A stretch of 64,000 bases of DNA from assembly GCA_965203035.1 (NCBI GenBank), contig OZ241858.1, positions 2,347,685 through 2,411,684 on the forward strand, read 5' to 3'. Each line of letters opens with the position of its first letter. Within the stretch, counting starts at the first letter, position 1. The DNA comes from Candidatus Spongiisocius sp. GTDB taxonomy: Bacteria; Actinomycetota; Acidimicrobiia; Spongiisociales; Spongiisociaceae. Position numbers and translations under genes: made by a program. Shown here one piece after another: positions 20,887 to 29,962 of the stretch. Under the pieces are notes generated by a model. The model was not told where the DNA came from. It saw only the letters and a program-made list of their open reading frames with translations, and did no database searches.

Positions 20887-21060
20887 TGGTAATCGTAATT
20901 ACCAGCGGTCCATCTGTGACGTCGAACGGACCGTCTGAGGGATCATATCGTTCGAGGCCGCCCGCCAAGGCCATAGCCGGCCGCGCCTCGAACCAAGGTG
21001 GTGGCGGTGGGGGAGGGCCCGGCGGGCCGGGCCCTCGTTCCGCGATTTTCGCGTTCTTCT
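20887..21060 (+). ncRNA. Putative small structured RNA of unknown family
   Basis: Lies downstream of a good promoter in the gap between convergent genes; several stems and a GC-rich terminal hairpin; no credible ORF. Confidence 0.45.
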
Positions 21061-21073
21061 CCGGCCCGGAGGA

Positions 21074-21811
21074 CTAGCCGCTGTTGCTGGGCGGCGGGAT
21101 GTGGCGGATCACCTCGTCGACCATCTTGCTGAACGGGAGCGACTGCAACCAGACCCGGCCGGTGCCCTCCAGGGTCGCCAGGAACAGTCCCTCGCCACCC
21201 AAGAACATGGTCGACGCCCGCCCGGCCCGCTCGATCGAGAACTCGATCTGGGGCTCGAACGCCACCACGCACCCGGTGTCGATCCGGAGCTTCTCGCCCA
21301 CCAGGCGCTTCTCTACGATCGTGCCGCCGGCGTGCAGGAACGCCATTCCGTCGCCCGAGATGTCCTGGAGGATGAATCCCTCGCCACCGAAGAAGCCGGC
21401 GCCGAGTTTGCGGTTGAGGGAGATGTCGAGCTTGGTGCCCAGCGCAGCGCAGAGGAATGCGTCCTTCTGGGCCCGGATCCGGCCGCCGACCTGCGCGAGG
21501 TCGAGAGGCACGATCTTTCCCGGATAGGGAGCCGCGAACGCAACCGTTCGCCGGCCTCCTCCATGGTTGGTGAAGTGAGACAGGAAGACCGACTCGCCCG
21601 ATATCGCCCGCTTGCCGGCCGACTTGAGCTTCCCCCACGCCCCCTGCTTGGGCTCCGACCCGTCGCCCATCTTGACCTCGAACGTGATGCCGTCCTCCAC
21701 GTACATCATCGCCCCGGACTCGGCGACCACCGTCTCCTGCGGGTCCAGTTCCACCTCCACGAACTGGAGGTCCTCGCCCACGATCCGGTAGTCGACCTCA
21801 TGACTCCTCAT
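21074..21811 (-). CDS. TIGR00266/AIM24 family protein
   Basis: [37 protein letters not shown]. Confidence 0.92.
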   Translation of the reverse strand: MRSHEVDYRIVGEDLQFVEVELDPQETVVAESGAMMYVEDGITFEVKMGDGSEPKQGAWGKLKSAGKRAISGESVFLSHFTNHGGGRRTVAFAAPYPGKIVPLDLAQVGGRIRAQKDAFLCAALGTKLDISLNRKLGAGFFGGEGFILQDISGDGMAFLHAGGTIVEKRLVGEKLRIDTGCVVAFEPQIEFSIERAGRASTMFLGGEGLFLATLEGTGRVWLQSLPFSKMVDEVIRHIPPPSNSG

Positions 21812-22084
21812 GCCAGAACCTCCAGAAACGCCAGAACGGATGGATCGCTCCAGAACCTACCAGTGCCACAGCCGCTAACGAGGCAGGTTGAAGGCCACGG
21901 GAACAGCATCGGGTGCGATGGCTCTACCCCAACGTCACGTCGATGTGGGCATTCGGAACAAGAGTACGTCGAGCACGTAGCCTTCTTCGCGTCGATTCTG
22001 TAGTCCAGATCGCGTCGATCTAGTAGCGTGACCTGACATTTCCGGCAGAATATTTTGTGATATTTCTAGGAGGTCGCCGTTTTT

Positions 22085-22106
22085 TGTCATAGGGGGTTGT
22101 TACCTT
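22085..22106 (+). promoter_or_regulatory. PafBC/RecA-NDp-like promoter of the HNH gene
   Basis: TGTCAT-N10-TACCTT; ATG at 22114 is placed for a leaderless mRNA. Confidence 0.55.
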
Positions 22107-22113
22107 GATGGGT

Positions 22114-23346
22114 ATGTACGAAGCAGCAGCCCTCCACGACGCCGATTCGGTGCTGGTCGCTGAGAACAACCTCAAGGAAGCCCAGCGCGAGATCGACCGG
22201 CTCCGCGGTCGCCAGCTCGGCTGGCTGAAGATGGTGATCCGGCACCGGGGGATCGTGCGGGACGGATACCGGTCGCTGGTCGATTGGACGGCTTCCCGGC
22301 TCGACATACCGCACGTGGTCGCCCGCGACCTCGCCTACCTGGCCCGGCGGCTGGACGACGACACCATCGATCTGATGAAGAGGGGCCACCTCCCGTTCGA
22401 CCGGACCGTGTCCACCCAGCGCCTCCTCCAGGCAGGAGCGAGCGCCGCCGACGTTGCCGCGTCAGCTGATCTCGACCTGGCGGGTGTCACGAAGCTGGCC
22501 ACCAGGTTCCGCAAGCTCAGCAGAGGCGACGAACGGAACGCCTTTGAGCGTCAGTACGTGAACCTGAAGGTGTCCGAGGACGGCGCCGTCTGGCACCTGT
22601 CGGGTCGCCTCGCCGCCACCGACGGCCAGATCGTCCGCAGGGCTCTCGACCAGCGGGCCGACCGGGTCCCACCCCTGACCCCATCCGATCCGGACACTGA
22701 GTTGTCGCCAGGTCAGAAGCAGGCCATCGGTCTCACCACCATGGCCCAGGACGACCTGGACCAGCATCTCGCGCCGGGCGATCCCACCGGGAGGGAACCG
22801 GTCATCATGCTCGTCAAGGACCAGGCCCTCGCCGACGAGTCGGGCAACACCCGAGGCGTCGAGCTGTTCAATGGTCCACGAGTGGGACCCCAGACCGTTG
22901 AACAAGTCGAGTGCGAGGGCCGCAGCGAACCGGTCACCCTCCAAGACGGCGAAATAGCGGAAACCGGGCCGTCACAACGCCAAGTCCCCAAGCAGCTCCG
23001 CCGAGCTGTACTCGCAAGGGACCGCAAATGCGTGATCGACTCCTGCCAGAGCAGCTACCGGCTCCAGACCCACCACGTCGTCCCCAGACGCGACGGCGGC
23101 GCCAACACCGCCGACAACCTCGCCACCCTCTGCTGGTACCACCATCACATAGCCATCCACCGGCGAGGACACCGCATCGACCCCCACACACCACCACACC
23201 GCCGCCGGCTACTCCCACCCCGAACCTGGACCGGCTACCGCCACCCCACCAACGTCGAATACCTCAGCCCGCTCCAGCAGCAGGAACGGGCCTACCAAAC
23301 CTTCCTCGACAAATACCACCCCCAACAACCCCATCCCGGCGGGTAG
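22114..23346 (+). CDS. DUF222-like HNH endonuclease (13E12-repeat-family-like)
   Basis: RRAVLARDRKCVIDSC..HHVVPRRDGGANTADNLATLCWYHH; alternative start at 22108. Confidence 0.85.
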   Translation: MYEAAALHDADSVLVAENNLKEAQREIDRLRGRQLGWLKMVIRHRGIVRDGYRSLVDWTASRLDIPHVVARDLAYLARRLDDDTIDLMKRGHLPFDRTVSTQRLLQAGASAADVAASADLDLAGVTKLATRFRKLSRGDERNAFERQYVNLKVSEDGAVWHLSGRLAATDGQIVRRALDQRADRVPPLTPSDPDTELSPGQKQAIGLTTMAQDDLDQHLAPGDPTGREPVIMLVKDQALADESGNTRGVELFNGPRVGPQTVEQVECEGRSEPVTLQDGEIAETGPSQRQVPKQLRRAVLARDRKCVIDSCQSSYRLQTHHVVPRRDGGANTADNLATLCWYHHHIAIHRRGHRIDPHTPPHRRRLLPPRTWTGYRHPTNVEYLSPLQQQERAYQTFLDKYHPQQPHPGG

Positions 23347-23376
23347 GCGCGCGGGTCACGAAAGTAAGGTGTTTCC

Positions 23377-23916
23377 ATGCGTATCAGGACTGCGGAACCG
23401 CGGGATGCCGGCTCGCTCGCCAGGGTTCACGTCGACTCATGGCGGTCCACCTATGCCGGCATCCTGCCCGACGAGTTCTTGGCCGGACTCTCATACCGGG
23501 ATAGGGAGTCGTTCTGGGAACAGGTCCTGACGACGGCGCGGCCCACCGTCAGCAATTTCCTCGCGGAAACCGAGTCCGGTGATGTGGTGGGCTTGGCCGC
23601 GGGAGGGCCGGAGCGAACCGGAAACGAGACCTACCTGGGAGAACTCTATCTCGTCTACCTGCTCGAGCGGTACCAGCGCAGGGGCATGGGGCGCCTCCTC
23701 GTCTCGGCCGTGGCCGAGAGGCTGTTGGCGGACGGGTTCGACTCGATGCTGCTGTGGGTGGCGAAGGACAACCATCCGGCGTGCCGCTTCTACGAGGCGC
23801 TCAGAGGGGAGCAGATCGACAGCAGAACCATCGACATCGCTGGAACAGGCGTGGCTGAGGTGGCCTACGGATGGCAACAGGTCGCCGACCTGGTGACCGA
23901 TCAGGCGGGAGTTTGA
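23377..23916 (+). CDS. GNAT N-acetyltransferase
   Basis: HVDSWRSTY, QRRGMGR, NHPACRFYEA. Confidence 0.92.
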   Translation: MRIRTAEPRDAGSLARVHVDSWRSTYAGILPDEFLAGLSYRDRESFWEQVLTTARPTVSNFLAETESGDVVGLAAGGPERTGNETYLGELYLVYLLERYQRRGMGRLLVSAVAERLLADGFDSMLLWVAKDNHPACRFYEALRGEQIDSRTIDIAGTGVAEVAYGWQQVADLVTDQAGV

Positions 23917-23926
23917 GCAGCACACA

Positions 23927-24748
23927 GTGCGAGTAGCGATTCTGGGCTCGGGGTGGTGGCACCGCACCCGAGGCGGCCCGGCCCATGTCGTGTCCTTCGG
24001 GGACACCAACGTCATGTTCGACTGCGGTCGAAAGGCGGTTAGCCGTCTCTTCCGCGTCGGAATACCCCCGGCGGAGGTGTCGGCGCTCTTCATCTCCCAC
24101 AGCCACTTCGACCACAACATGAGCCTGGTCGAGTTCCTGTTCGGCTCGTGGCTCACCGGCCGCACCGAACCGGTACCCGTCTACGGACCGAAAGGTACGG
24201 CCGCGCTCATCAGGGCTCTCGTCGGCCCGGAAGGCTTCTATGCCCGGGACATCGCCTCTCGCACCGACGGGTCGGTCGGCATGGATCCGAGGGGAATCGA
24301 GGTACTGGCCGGCGACGTGGAGGCCCCCGGGGTTGTCCACGAGGGAGGAAGCTGGAAGGTCACGGCCGCCGCCGTTCCCCACTCCCGCTTCCTCGACGCC
24401 TGGGCATACCGGTTGGACACCGAACAGGGGTCGGTGGCCTACTCGGGCGACACGGCGCCGTCGGACGAGCTGGTACGGCTGGCGCAGGGAGCCGACCTGC
24501 TCATTCACGAGTGCACGGCCACGGAGAAGATCATCCGGGAGAAGGGTCTCCAGGATTTCCACACTTCATCGACGGAGGTAGGGCGGATCGCCTCGGAAGC
24601 GGGCGTGCGGATGGTGGCAATCGTGCACTTCGGCGGGAACGGTGATGCCACCGGCCGGAGGGCGGTGAGGCGCATGGCCCGTGAGGTCCGGCGGGGCTTC
24701 AAGGGCAAAGTGTTCGTCGGCGGAGATCCGCGCATAATCCGGATCTGA
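23927..24748 (+). CDS. MBL-fold metallohydrolase (RNase Z/AtsA-like)
   Basis: FDCG, SHSHFDH, YSGDT, LIHEC. Confidence 0.88.
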   Translation: MRVAILGSGWWHRTRGGPAHVVSFGDTNVMFDCGRKAVSRLFRVGIPPAEVSALFISHSHFDHNMSLVEFLFGSWLTGRTEPVPVYGPKGTAALIRALVGPEGFYARDIASRTDGSVGMDPRGIEVLAGDVEAPGVVHEGGSWKVTAAAVPHSRFLDAWAYRLDTEQGSVAYSGDTAPSDELVRLAQGADLLIHECTATEKIIREKGLQDFHTSSTEVGRIASEAGVRMVAIVHFGGNGDATGRRAVRRMAREVRRGFKGKVFVGGDPRIIRI

Positions 24749-26991
24749 TGCTTACTCAAATGGATCCTCCGAACGTCGTCATGATCGTGCTTGACGACCT
24801 GGGTTTTGCCCAACTCGGGTGTTACGGCGCCGAGATCGCCACTCCCAACATCGACCTGCTCGCGGACAACGGCCTCCGCTACAACAGTTTTCACGTCACG
24901 TCACTATGCGGACCGACAAGAGCGTCGCTCATCACAGGTCGCAACCACCACGCGGTCGGCATGGGGATAGGTCCCGAGGTCCCGATGGGATTAGCCGGAT
25001 ATACCGGGCGGATACCGAAGTCTGCGGGGACCCTTCCCAGGCTGCTGCGTGACGCCGGCTACAGCACCCTTGCGGTGGGCAAGTGGCATCTGACACCCCG
25101 CTTCGAGCGCAATCAGGCAGGTCCGTTCGAGCACTGGCCGCTCGGTCTCGGCTTCGAGCGTTACTACGGCTTTCTCGGCGCATTGACCGATCAGTGGACT
25201 CCCCATCTCGTCTGCGACAACAGGTTCGCCGAACCGCCGCTGACCCCCGAGGAGGGCTATCACCTGACCGAGGACCTGGCGTCTCAGGCAATCAGGCTGG
25301 TGCAGGATCAGCAGCAGGGAGCACCCGGCAAGCCCTTCTTCCTCTACTTCGCCACTGCGGCTCCCCACTCACCTCACCAGGTCCCGGACAGCTGGATCGA
25401 GCCCTACCGGGGACAGTTCGACGACGGGTGGGAGGCCATGCGTTCTCACACCTTCCTGAGGCAGCAGGAGTTGGGCGTCATTCCACCCGGCACGATCGAC
25501 ACCGGGCGCCCCTCCTGGGTGGCCCCCTGGGAGGATCTGCCCCTCAAGGAACGTCAACTCTATGCCCGCATGATGGAGGTGTACGCCGGGTTCGTCACCC
25601 ATACCGACGCCCAGATCGGGCGCATCATGGAGTTTCTTGACGCAATGGGCGTAACCGACAACACCCTGGTGATGTTCCTGTCCGACAACGGCGCCAGCGC
25701 CGACGGAGGTCCCCACGGCATGGCTCGCCGCTACGGACAGCGAGCAAGCAGTGATGACATCGACTCGATGGTGAGGCATGTCGATGACCTCGGGGGAGTC
25801 GGTGTAGCGAGCGATTACGCCTGGGGGTGGGCCTGGGCCGGCAATACCCCGTTCCGGCTATGGAAGCGATACACCTGGCTGGGCGGGGTCCGGACTCCGT
25901 TGATCATCAGGTGGCCGGCAGGAATCCCGGCCGAGCACAACGGCGATGTGCGCCGGCAGTTCTGCCACGCCATCGACCTGATGCCGACGGCTCTGGAGGT
26001 GGCCGGAGCCGACCGTCCCGCCGTGCTCGACGGTGTCGGCCAGCAGCCCCTCCACGGCGAGAGCCTCCTACTGACGTTCCGTGAAGCGGACGCTCGGATA
26101 GAACGGGCTCCCCAGTACTTCGAGATGCTGGGATCCCGCGCCATCTACCACGAGGGCTGGAAAGCAACCACAGACCACGTCGGCAGCATGCTCCGAGCCG
26201 AGCGGGAACTCATCGAGGGCAGCGATGACTTCGAGTCCGATCGGTGGTCGCTGTACAACCTGGAAGAGGACTTCTCCGAGGCGAACGACGTCGCGGGGGA
26301 GTACCCGGAGCGGCTGAATCGCCTCGTAGAGCTCTGGTGGGACGAAGCAAACCGGAACCAAGTCCTACCCCTCATGGACGGTTTCTGGGACTCGAACCAT
26401 GCCGCGGCCATCGAGCCGCCTCCACACGTCGGGCGGCGTCGATACGTCTACCTGCCCGGCGGGGGACCGATCCTTACTTCCGCTCTCGTGTCCAGCTTCC
26501 GCCTCGTTGCCGATGTCGAAGTAGGGGAAGACCGGAGTGCCGCCGGAGTCATCTGCGCCCAGCGGCTCGGCATGATGGACCACTTCACCGACCATGGCTG
26601 GGCTCTCTACTTCCTGGACGGCCACCTGGTAGTGACGTTCAACCTGCAAGGCACACCAGAACGGCTCGTGACCGCCGAACGGATTCCAGCAGGCACACAC
26701 CAACTCGAGCTCGTGTACACCGAAGGCTCGGATGCGAACGAACACGCCATCAGCCTGGCGTTGAATGGCCGAGAGGTGGGCGCCATGGACCTCTCGGACA
26801 ACCCTCTTGCCACCCAGTTCCGACTAGGCCGGTTGCTGGTAGGTCGGGACTACGGAACACCGGTGGGCGACGACTACCAACCACCCTTCCCCTTCACCGG
26901 ACACATCCAACGCGTCGTCTGCGAGGACCTCAGCCAACCCGAGCCCGAAGATCTACGTCAACAAATCATCAGCACCATCGAGAATGACTAG
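24748..26991 (+). CDS. Arylsulfatase (formylglycine-dependent) with C-terminal LamG-like region
   Basis: DDLG, CGPTRASLITGR (CxPxR), GKWHL, SDNG. Confidence 0.93.
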   Translation: MLTQMDPPNVVMIVLDDLGFAQLGCYGAEIATPNIDLLADNGLRYNSFHVTSLCGPTRASLITGRNHHAVGMGIGPEVPMGLAGYTGRIPKSAGTLPRLLRDAGYSTLAVGKWHLTPRFERNQAGPFEHWPLGLGFERYYGFLGALTDQWTPHLVCDNRFAEPPLTPEEGYHLTEDLASQAIRLVQDQQQGAPGKPFFLYFATAAPHSPHQVPDSWIEPYRGQFDDGWEAMRSHTFLRQQELGVIPPGTIDTGRPSWVAPWEDLPLKERQLYARMMEVYAGFVTHTDAQIGRIMEFLDAMGVTDNTLVMFLSDNGASADGGPHGMARRYGQRASSDDIDSMVRHVDDLGGVGVASDYAWGWAWAGNTPFRLWKRYTWLGGVRTPLIIRWPAGIPAEHNGDVRRQFCHAIDLMPTALEVAGADRPAVLDGVGQQPLHGESLLLTFREADARIERAPQYFEMLGSRAIYHEGWKATTDHVGSMLRAERELIEGSDDFESDRWSLYNLEEDFSEANDVAGEYPERLNRLVELWWDEANRNQVLPLMDGFWDSNHAAAIEPPPHVGRRRYVYLPGGGPILTSALVSSFRLVADVEVGEDRSAAGVICAQRLGMMDHFTDHGWALYFLDGHLVVTFNLQGTPERLVTAERIPAGTHQLELVYTEGSDANEHAISLALNGREVGAMDLSDNPLATQFRLGRLLVGRDYGTPVGDDYQPPFPFTGHIQRVVCEDLSQPEPEDLRQQIISTIEND

Positions 26992-27008
26992 AGAACCAGG
27001 AGCGACAC

Positions 27009-28070
27009 ATGACTGTCTCGGGAATCTGGACGCGCAACGATGATGGCTGGGAACTCAGCCGGCCCGAGGGGTTCCCCGACGAGGCGACGCTGCACAGCCT
27101 GATCGAGAAAACTCCGGAGATGCTGCCGCTGGCCGGCGCCCCGCCGCTCCTGGTCCTGGGCAGCGAGGTGCCGCTCGGATCGGGCTACGCCGACCTCCTG
27201 GGAGTTGAGGCGTCAGGCCGACCGGTCATCATCGAGATCAAGCTGGCGCAGAACAACGAAGCCCGCCGCGCCGTGGTCGCACAGATCCTCGCCTACGCCG
27301 CGAACCTCCACGGCACGACCCGAGAACAGCTGGAGGACCGTTTCGGCCCCAACCTGAGGCGACGCGGCCACGAGACCCTCGTGGATGCCGTGAGGTCGGT
27401 CCAGGACGAGGCCCTCGACCCCGACGAATTCACGACATCTCTCGATGAACACCTGCAAGAGGGCAGGTTCCGGCTCGTGTTCGTACTCGACGAGGTACCC
27501 GCTGAGTTGATGACGCTGGTGGCCTACCTGGAACACGTGACCGACAAGCTGATGATCGACCTGGTAGCCGTCAACTCCTTCGACGTCAACGGCACCTCCG
27601 TCGTCTTGCCGCAACGCGTGACACCCGAACGGCACGAAGTTACTGTCGAGCAGAAGCGCCGGGGCAAGTCCGGCACTCTCTATCCCGGAGGCAAGAGATT
27701 CGAGGAGAGTATCAGCCAGGCGCCTTCCGAGAGTCACGAGACATTGCACCGTCTCTTGCAGTGGGCGCGGGGGATCGAGAAGCAGGGCTTCGTGCGACTC
27801 GCCACCTACGAGGGCAAGGGCGCGAAGCGGTTCACCCTCCTACCGCGATTGGTGGTCGAGAACGTCGGCTTGGTCACGATCTGGAATGAGCGCGGCGCCT
27901 ACATAGCCTTCTGGCGCAGCGTCTTTGAGAAGAAGGTGCCCGATTTCATCGACCCGATCGAGAAGCTGCTCGGCGCGCGCCTTGGCCAAGGCACTACAAC
28001 CCGCAAGATCACCGAAGACCTCCTCGCCACCCTGGCGGAAGCATACGAACACGCGGCTCGCCAAGGCTGA
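27009..28070 (+). CDS. NucS/DUF91-like PD-(D/E)XK endonuclease with unknown C-terminal domain
   Basis: DEATLH..YADLLGV..IIEIKL..QILAYA. Confidence 0.75.
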   Translation: MTVSGIWTRNDDGWELSRPEGFPDEATLHSLIEKTPEMLPLAGAPPLLVLGSEVPLGSGYADLLGVEASGRPVIIEIKLAQNNEARRAVVAQILAYAANLHGTTREQLEDRFGPNLRRRGHETLVDAVRSVQDEALDPDEFTTSLDEHLQEGRFRLVFVLDEVPAELMTLVAYLEHVTDKLMIDLVAVNSFDVNGTSVVLPQRVTPERHEVTVEQKRRGKSGTLYPGGKRFEESISQAPSESHETLHRLLQWARGIEKQGFVRLATYEGKGAKRFTLLPRLVVENVGLVTIWNERGAYIAFWRSVFEKKVPDFIDPIEKLLGARLGQGTTTRKITEDLLATLAEAYEHAARQG

Positions 28071-28084
28071 GAGGCCGTACCGCC

Positions 28085-28161
28085 GGGGGAGTGTCACTGC
28101 CGGATGGCATCATGTGGGTCTTGGCGGAGGGGAGGACTCACGTGGCTGTTGAGATGGCGAT
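28085..28161 (+). repeat. Leader repeat copy 1 (promoter motif plus first codons of the NucS-like gene)
   Basis: GGGGGAGTGTCACTGCCGGATGGCATCATGTG...GTGGCTGTTGAGATGGCGAT; near-identical at 29887 and 35556. Confidence 0.85.
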
Positions 28162-28300
28162 ACCGACTCCGACGGAATCGGGTTGGGAGCCAACAGCCTC
28201 AGACTCAACGGCGGCGCCATCCACGACCGTGCCGGCAACCCCGCCGACCTCTCCCATGATCCCGTAGCCGCCAACCCCGACCACATGGTCATTACCAACC
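28159..28300 (+). pseudogene. Fragment of a surface-protein repeat domain
   Basis: Translates as DTDSDGIGLGANSLRLNGGAIHDRAGNPADLSHDPVAANPDH, recalled as resembling repeats of large adhesin-like proteins; no own start. Confidence 0.5.
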
Positions 28301-28476
28301 GCGAGCAATTAGCGGCTCTACATAATCAGTAGGGGACTCCGCTAGAACTGAACGGTGTTCCCCCACGAGCGGATGCCCGTCAAGTGACACTCGAGTCAGG
28401 AGAAACTTGCAACCCCGATCCTACGGGCTAAGCAACGGGAGGGATGGTTGGTTGGCCTAGGCGAGGTTAAGTTAGT

Positions 28477-28590
28477 GGACGCTGCACGAGTTCGTGGCGT
28501 AGGTCGTCCGGTCGGGGCATCACCGTGGCCGATCCAAGTCGAAGTTGGCAAGCAAACGCTCGACCGCCAAGGTTATGAATGTCGAGGCGG
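28477..28590 (+). ncRNA. Putative structured RNA upstream of the DUF3800 gene
   Basis: Stems GGACG/CGTCC, CACGA/TCGTG, GGTCGG/CCGATC, CTCGAC/GTCGAG. Confidence 0.4.
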
Positions 28591-28603
28591 AGGAGGGAGA
28601 CTC

Positions 28604-29314
28604 TTGAGTTCGCGGGTGCTCTTCCTCGACGACTCGGGCAAGCCGGAGCAGAGCCACCCATCGAGGGCGCTGGTAATCGGCGGGTTCTCGATACCGTCCG
28701 CTCAGGTACCGGCTCTCAGTCGCAGGATGGCCGGGGCCAAGGCCAGGTTCTATCCGGGTCGCGGTGATCCAGCGTTGTGGGAGCTGAAGTCGTATTACCT
28801 CATCAAGCCCAACCCATGGAGGCGCCGAAAGAACCGCGACTTCGTGGACGAGGCCACCCGAATCATCCGGGAATCGGGAGGCACGGTCTACACGGTGAGC
28901 ATGAACAAGCGGCGCATGCATCACCCGATGACGCTGAAGACAACAATGCCGCTACAACTTCAAGCGCTCGTCGAGCACTTCGCTATCGAGTGTGCCGAAC
29001 ACCGAGAGACGGGCCTGATTGTATCCGACTGGTCAAACCACCACGACGACACGCACGCGAGCAAGTGCGTTGGCAGTTTCGTGACTTCGCGGCGCCTCCC
29101 TCTGCACCCGAGCGTGTACTACGCGAACTCTCTCACGACGCAGGCGATTCAGGTCGCTGATCTGATCGCGGGCGTACGCCGGCGGGTAGTTGAGGGTGAT
29201 GTCCGTCTGGCTGGGATCAACCGCAGGCTGACGGCCACACGAACCCTTCCGGAGCGCCCGGAGCTGATCACATCCGGGGGACGTACGTATTCGAATCAGA
29301 TCGAGTTGTTCTGA
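28604..29314 (+). CDS. DUF3800 family protein
   Basis: N-terminal LFLDDSG, ELKS, C-terminal IQVADLIAG (QxxD); RBS GGAGG before TTG. Confidence 0.82.
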   Translation: MSSRVLFLDDSGKPEQSHPSRALVIGGFSIPSAQVPALSRRMAGAKARFYPGRGDPALWELKSYYLIKPNPWRRRKNRDFVDEATRIIRESGGTVYTVSMNKRRMHHPMTLKTTMPLQLQALVEHFAIECAEHRETGLIVSDWSNHHDDTHASKCVGSFVTSRRLPLHPSVYYANSLTTQAIQVADLIAGVRRRVVEGDVRLAGINRRLTATRTLPERPELITSGGRTYSNQIELF

Positions 29315-29391
29315 GTGGTGTTGGTCCTGCGGGATCTCCTGGTGCGTGGAGAGAGCCGGACTCATCAGAGCCGTGCCTGAGCGGATGCCGG

Positions 29392-29420
29392 TTGCTGATC
29401 GATCGGCGGGCGGGTACAAT
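29392..29420 (+). promoter_or_regulatory. Sigma-A-like promoter of TA unit 1
   Basis: TTGCTG-N17-TACAAT, with ATG at 29425 shortly downstream. Confidence 0.55.
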
Positions 29421-29424
29421 GACA

Positions 29425-29570
29425 ATGCCTGTCCGCTCGGTTAGTAGGCGCAAGCCGAATGTAACCGAAGTGCGGCGGCGACGGGGCCCCGGAACGCACG
29501 GGGTCCCTTTCCGTTGGACCTCTTCGCCTGCCTCGCCCCCCAACCTCCGGAGCCGGCCAGTACAGCTAGC
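29425..29570 (+). pseudogene. Internally deleted antitoxin (copy 1)
   Basis: The out-of-frame tail LDLFACLAPQPPEPAS matches DDFLACLASQPREPAS of copies 2 and 3. Confidence 0.55.
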
Positions 29571-29580
29571 CGCCCAAACA

Positions 29581-29883
29581 ATGCCGGCTCACGAGGAGTC
29601 TGCCGCGTTCCTGCGCGACTTCCGGCGCATGACCTACTCACAGAGGGCACGGTTCGGGAGGGCGATGGGCCGATTCATTACCGATCTCCTGGCGATGGAA
29701 GCGGGCCAGAAGACCTGGTTCAGACCGGGTCTACGTGTCAAGCCCGTACGAGGTGTCCCCGAACTGTTCGAGATGTCGTGGGCCCCCGACGGCCGCGCCA
29801 CGTGCTCGTGGGCCGATCCCATCGTCACCGGGACGCGGCACGTTCTCTGGCACCGTTGCGGCAACCACGACATCCTGCCGTGA
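29581..29883 (+). CDS. RelE/ParE-superfamily-like toxin (copy 1)
   Basis: FLRDFRRM..PGLRVKPVRG..LFEMSWAPDGRAT..WHRCGNHDI; 100 aa, basic. Confidence 0.72.
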   Translation: MPAHEESAAFLRDFRRMTYSQRARFGRAMGRFITDLLAMEAGQKTWFRPGLRVKPVRGVPELFEMSWAPDGRATCSWADPIVTGTRHVLWHRCGNHDILP

Positions 29884-29886
29884 GCT

Positions 29887-29962
29887 GGGGGAGTGTCACT
29901 GCCGGGTGGCATCATGTGAGTTCTGGCGGACGGAAGGATTTGCGTGGCTGTTGAGATGGCGA
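29887..29962 (+). repeat. Leader repeat copy 2, upstream of the intact NucS-like gene
   Basis: Same sequence as 28085 and 35556; contains TGTCAC-N10-CATCAT. Confidence 0.85.

Noticed and set aside
20921-20940. TCGAAC as a LexA-box half-site
   Set aside because: The matching GTTCGA is not at the required 4-bp spacing.
28355-28379. GTGTTCCCCCACGAGCGGATGCCCG resembles a type I-E CRISPR repeat
   Set aside because: Single degenerate copy with a broken hairpin; no spacers, second repeat or cas genes, so no CRISPR array is called.
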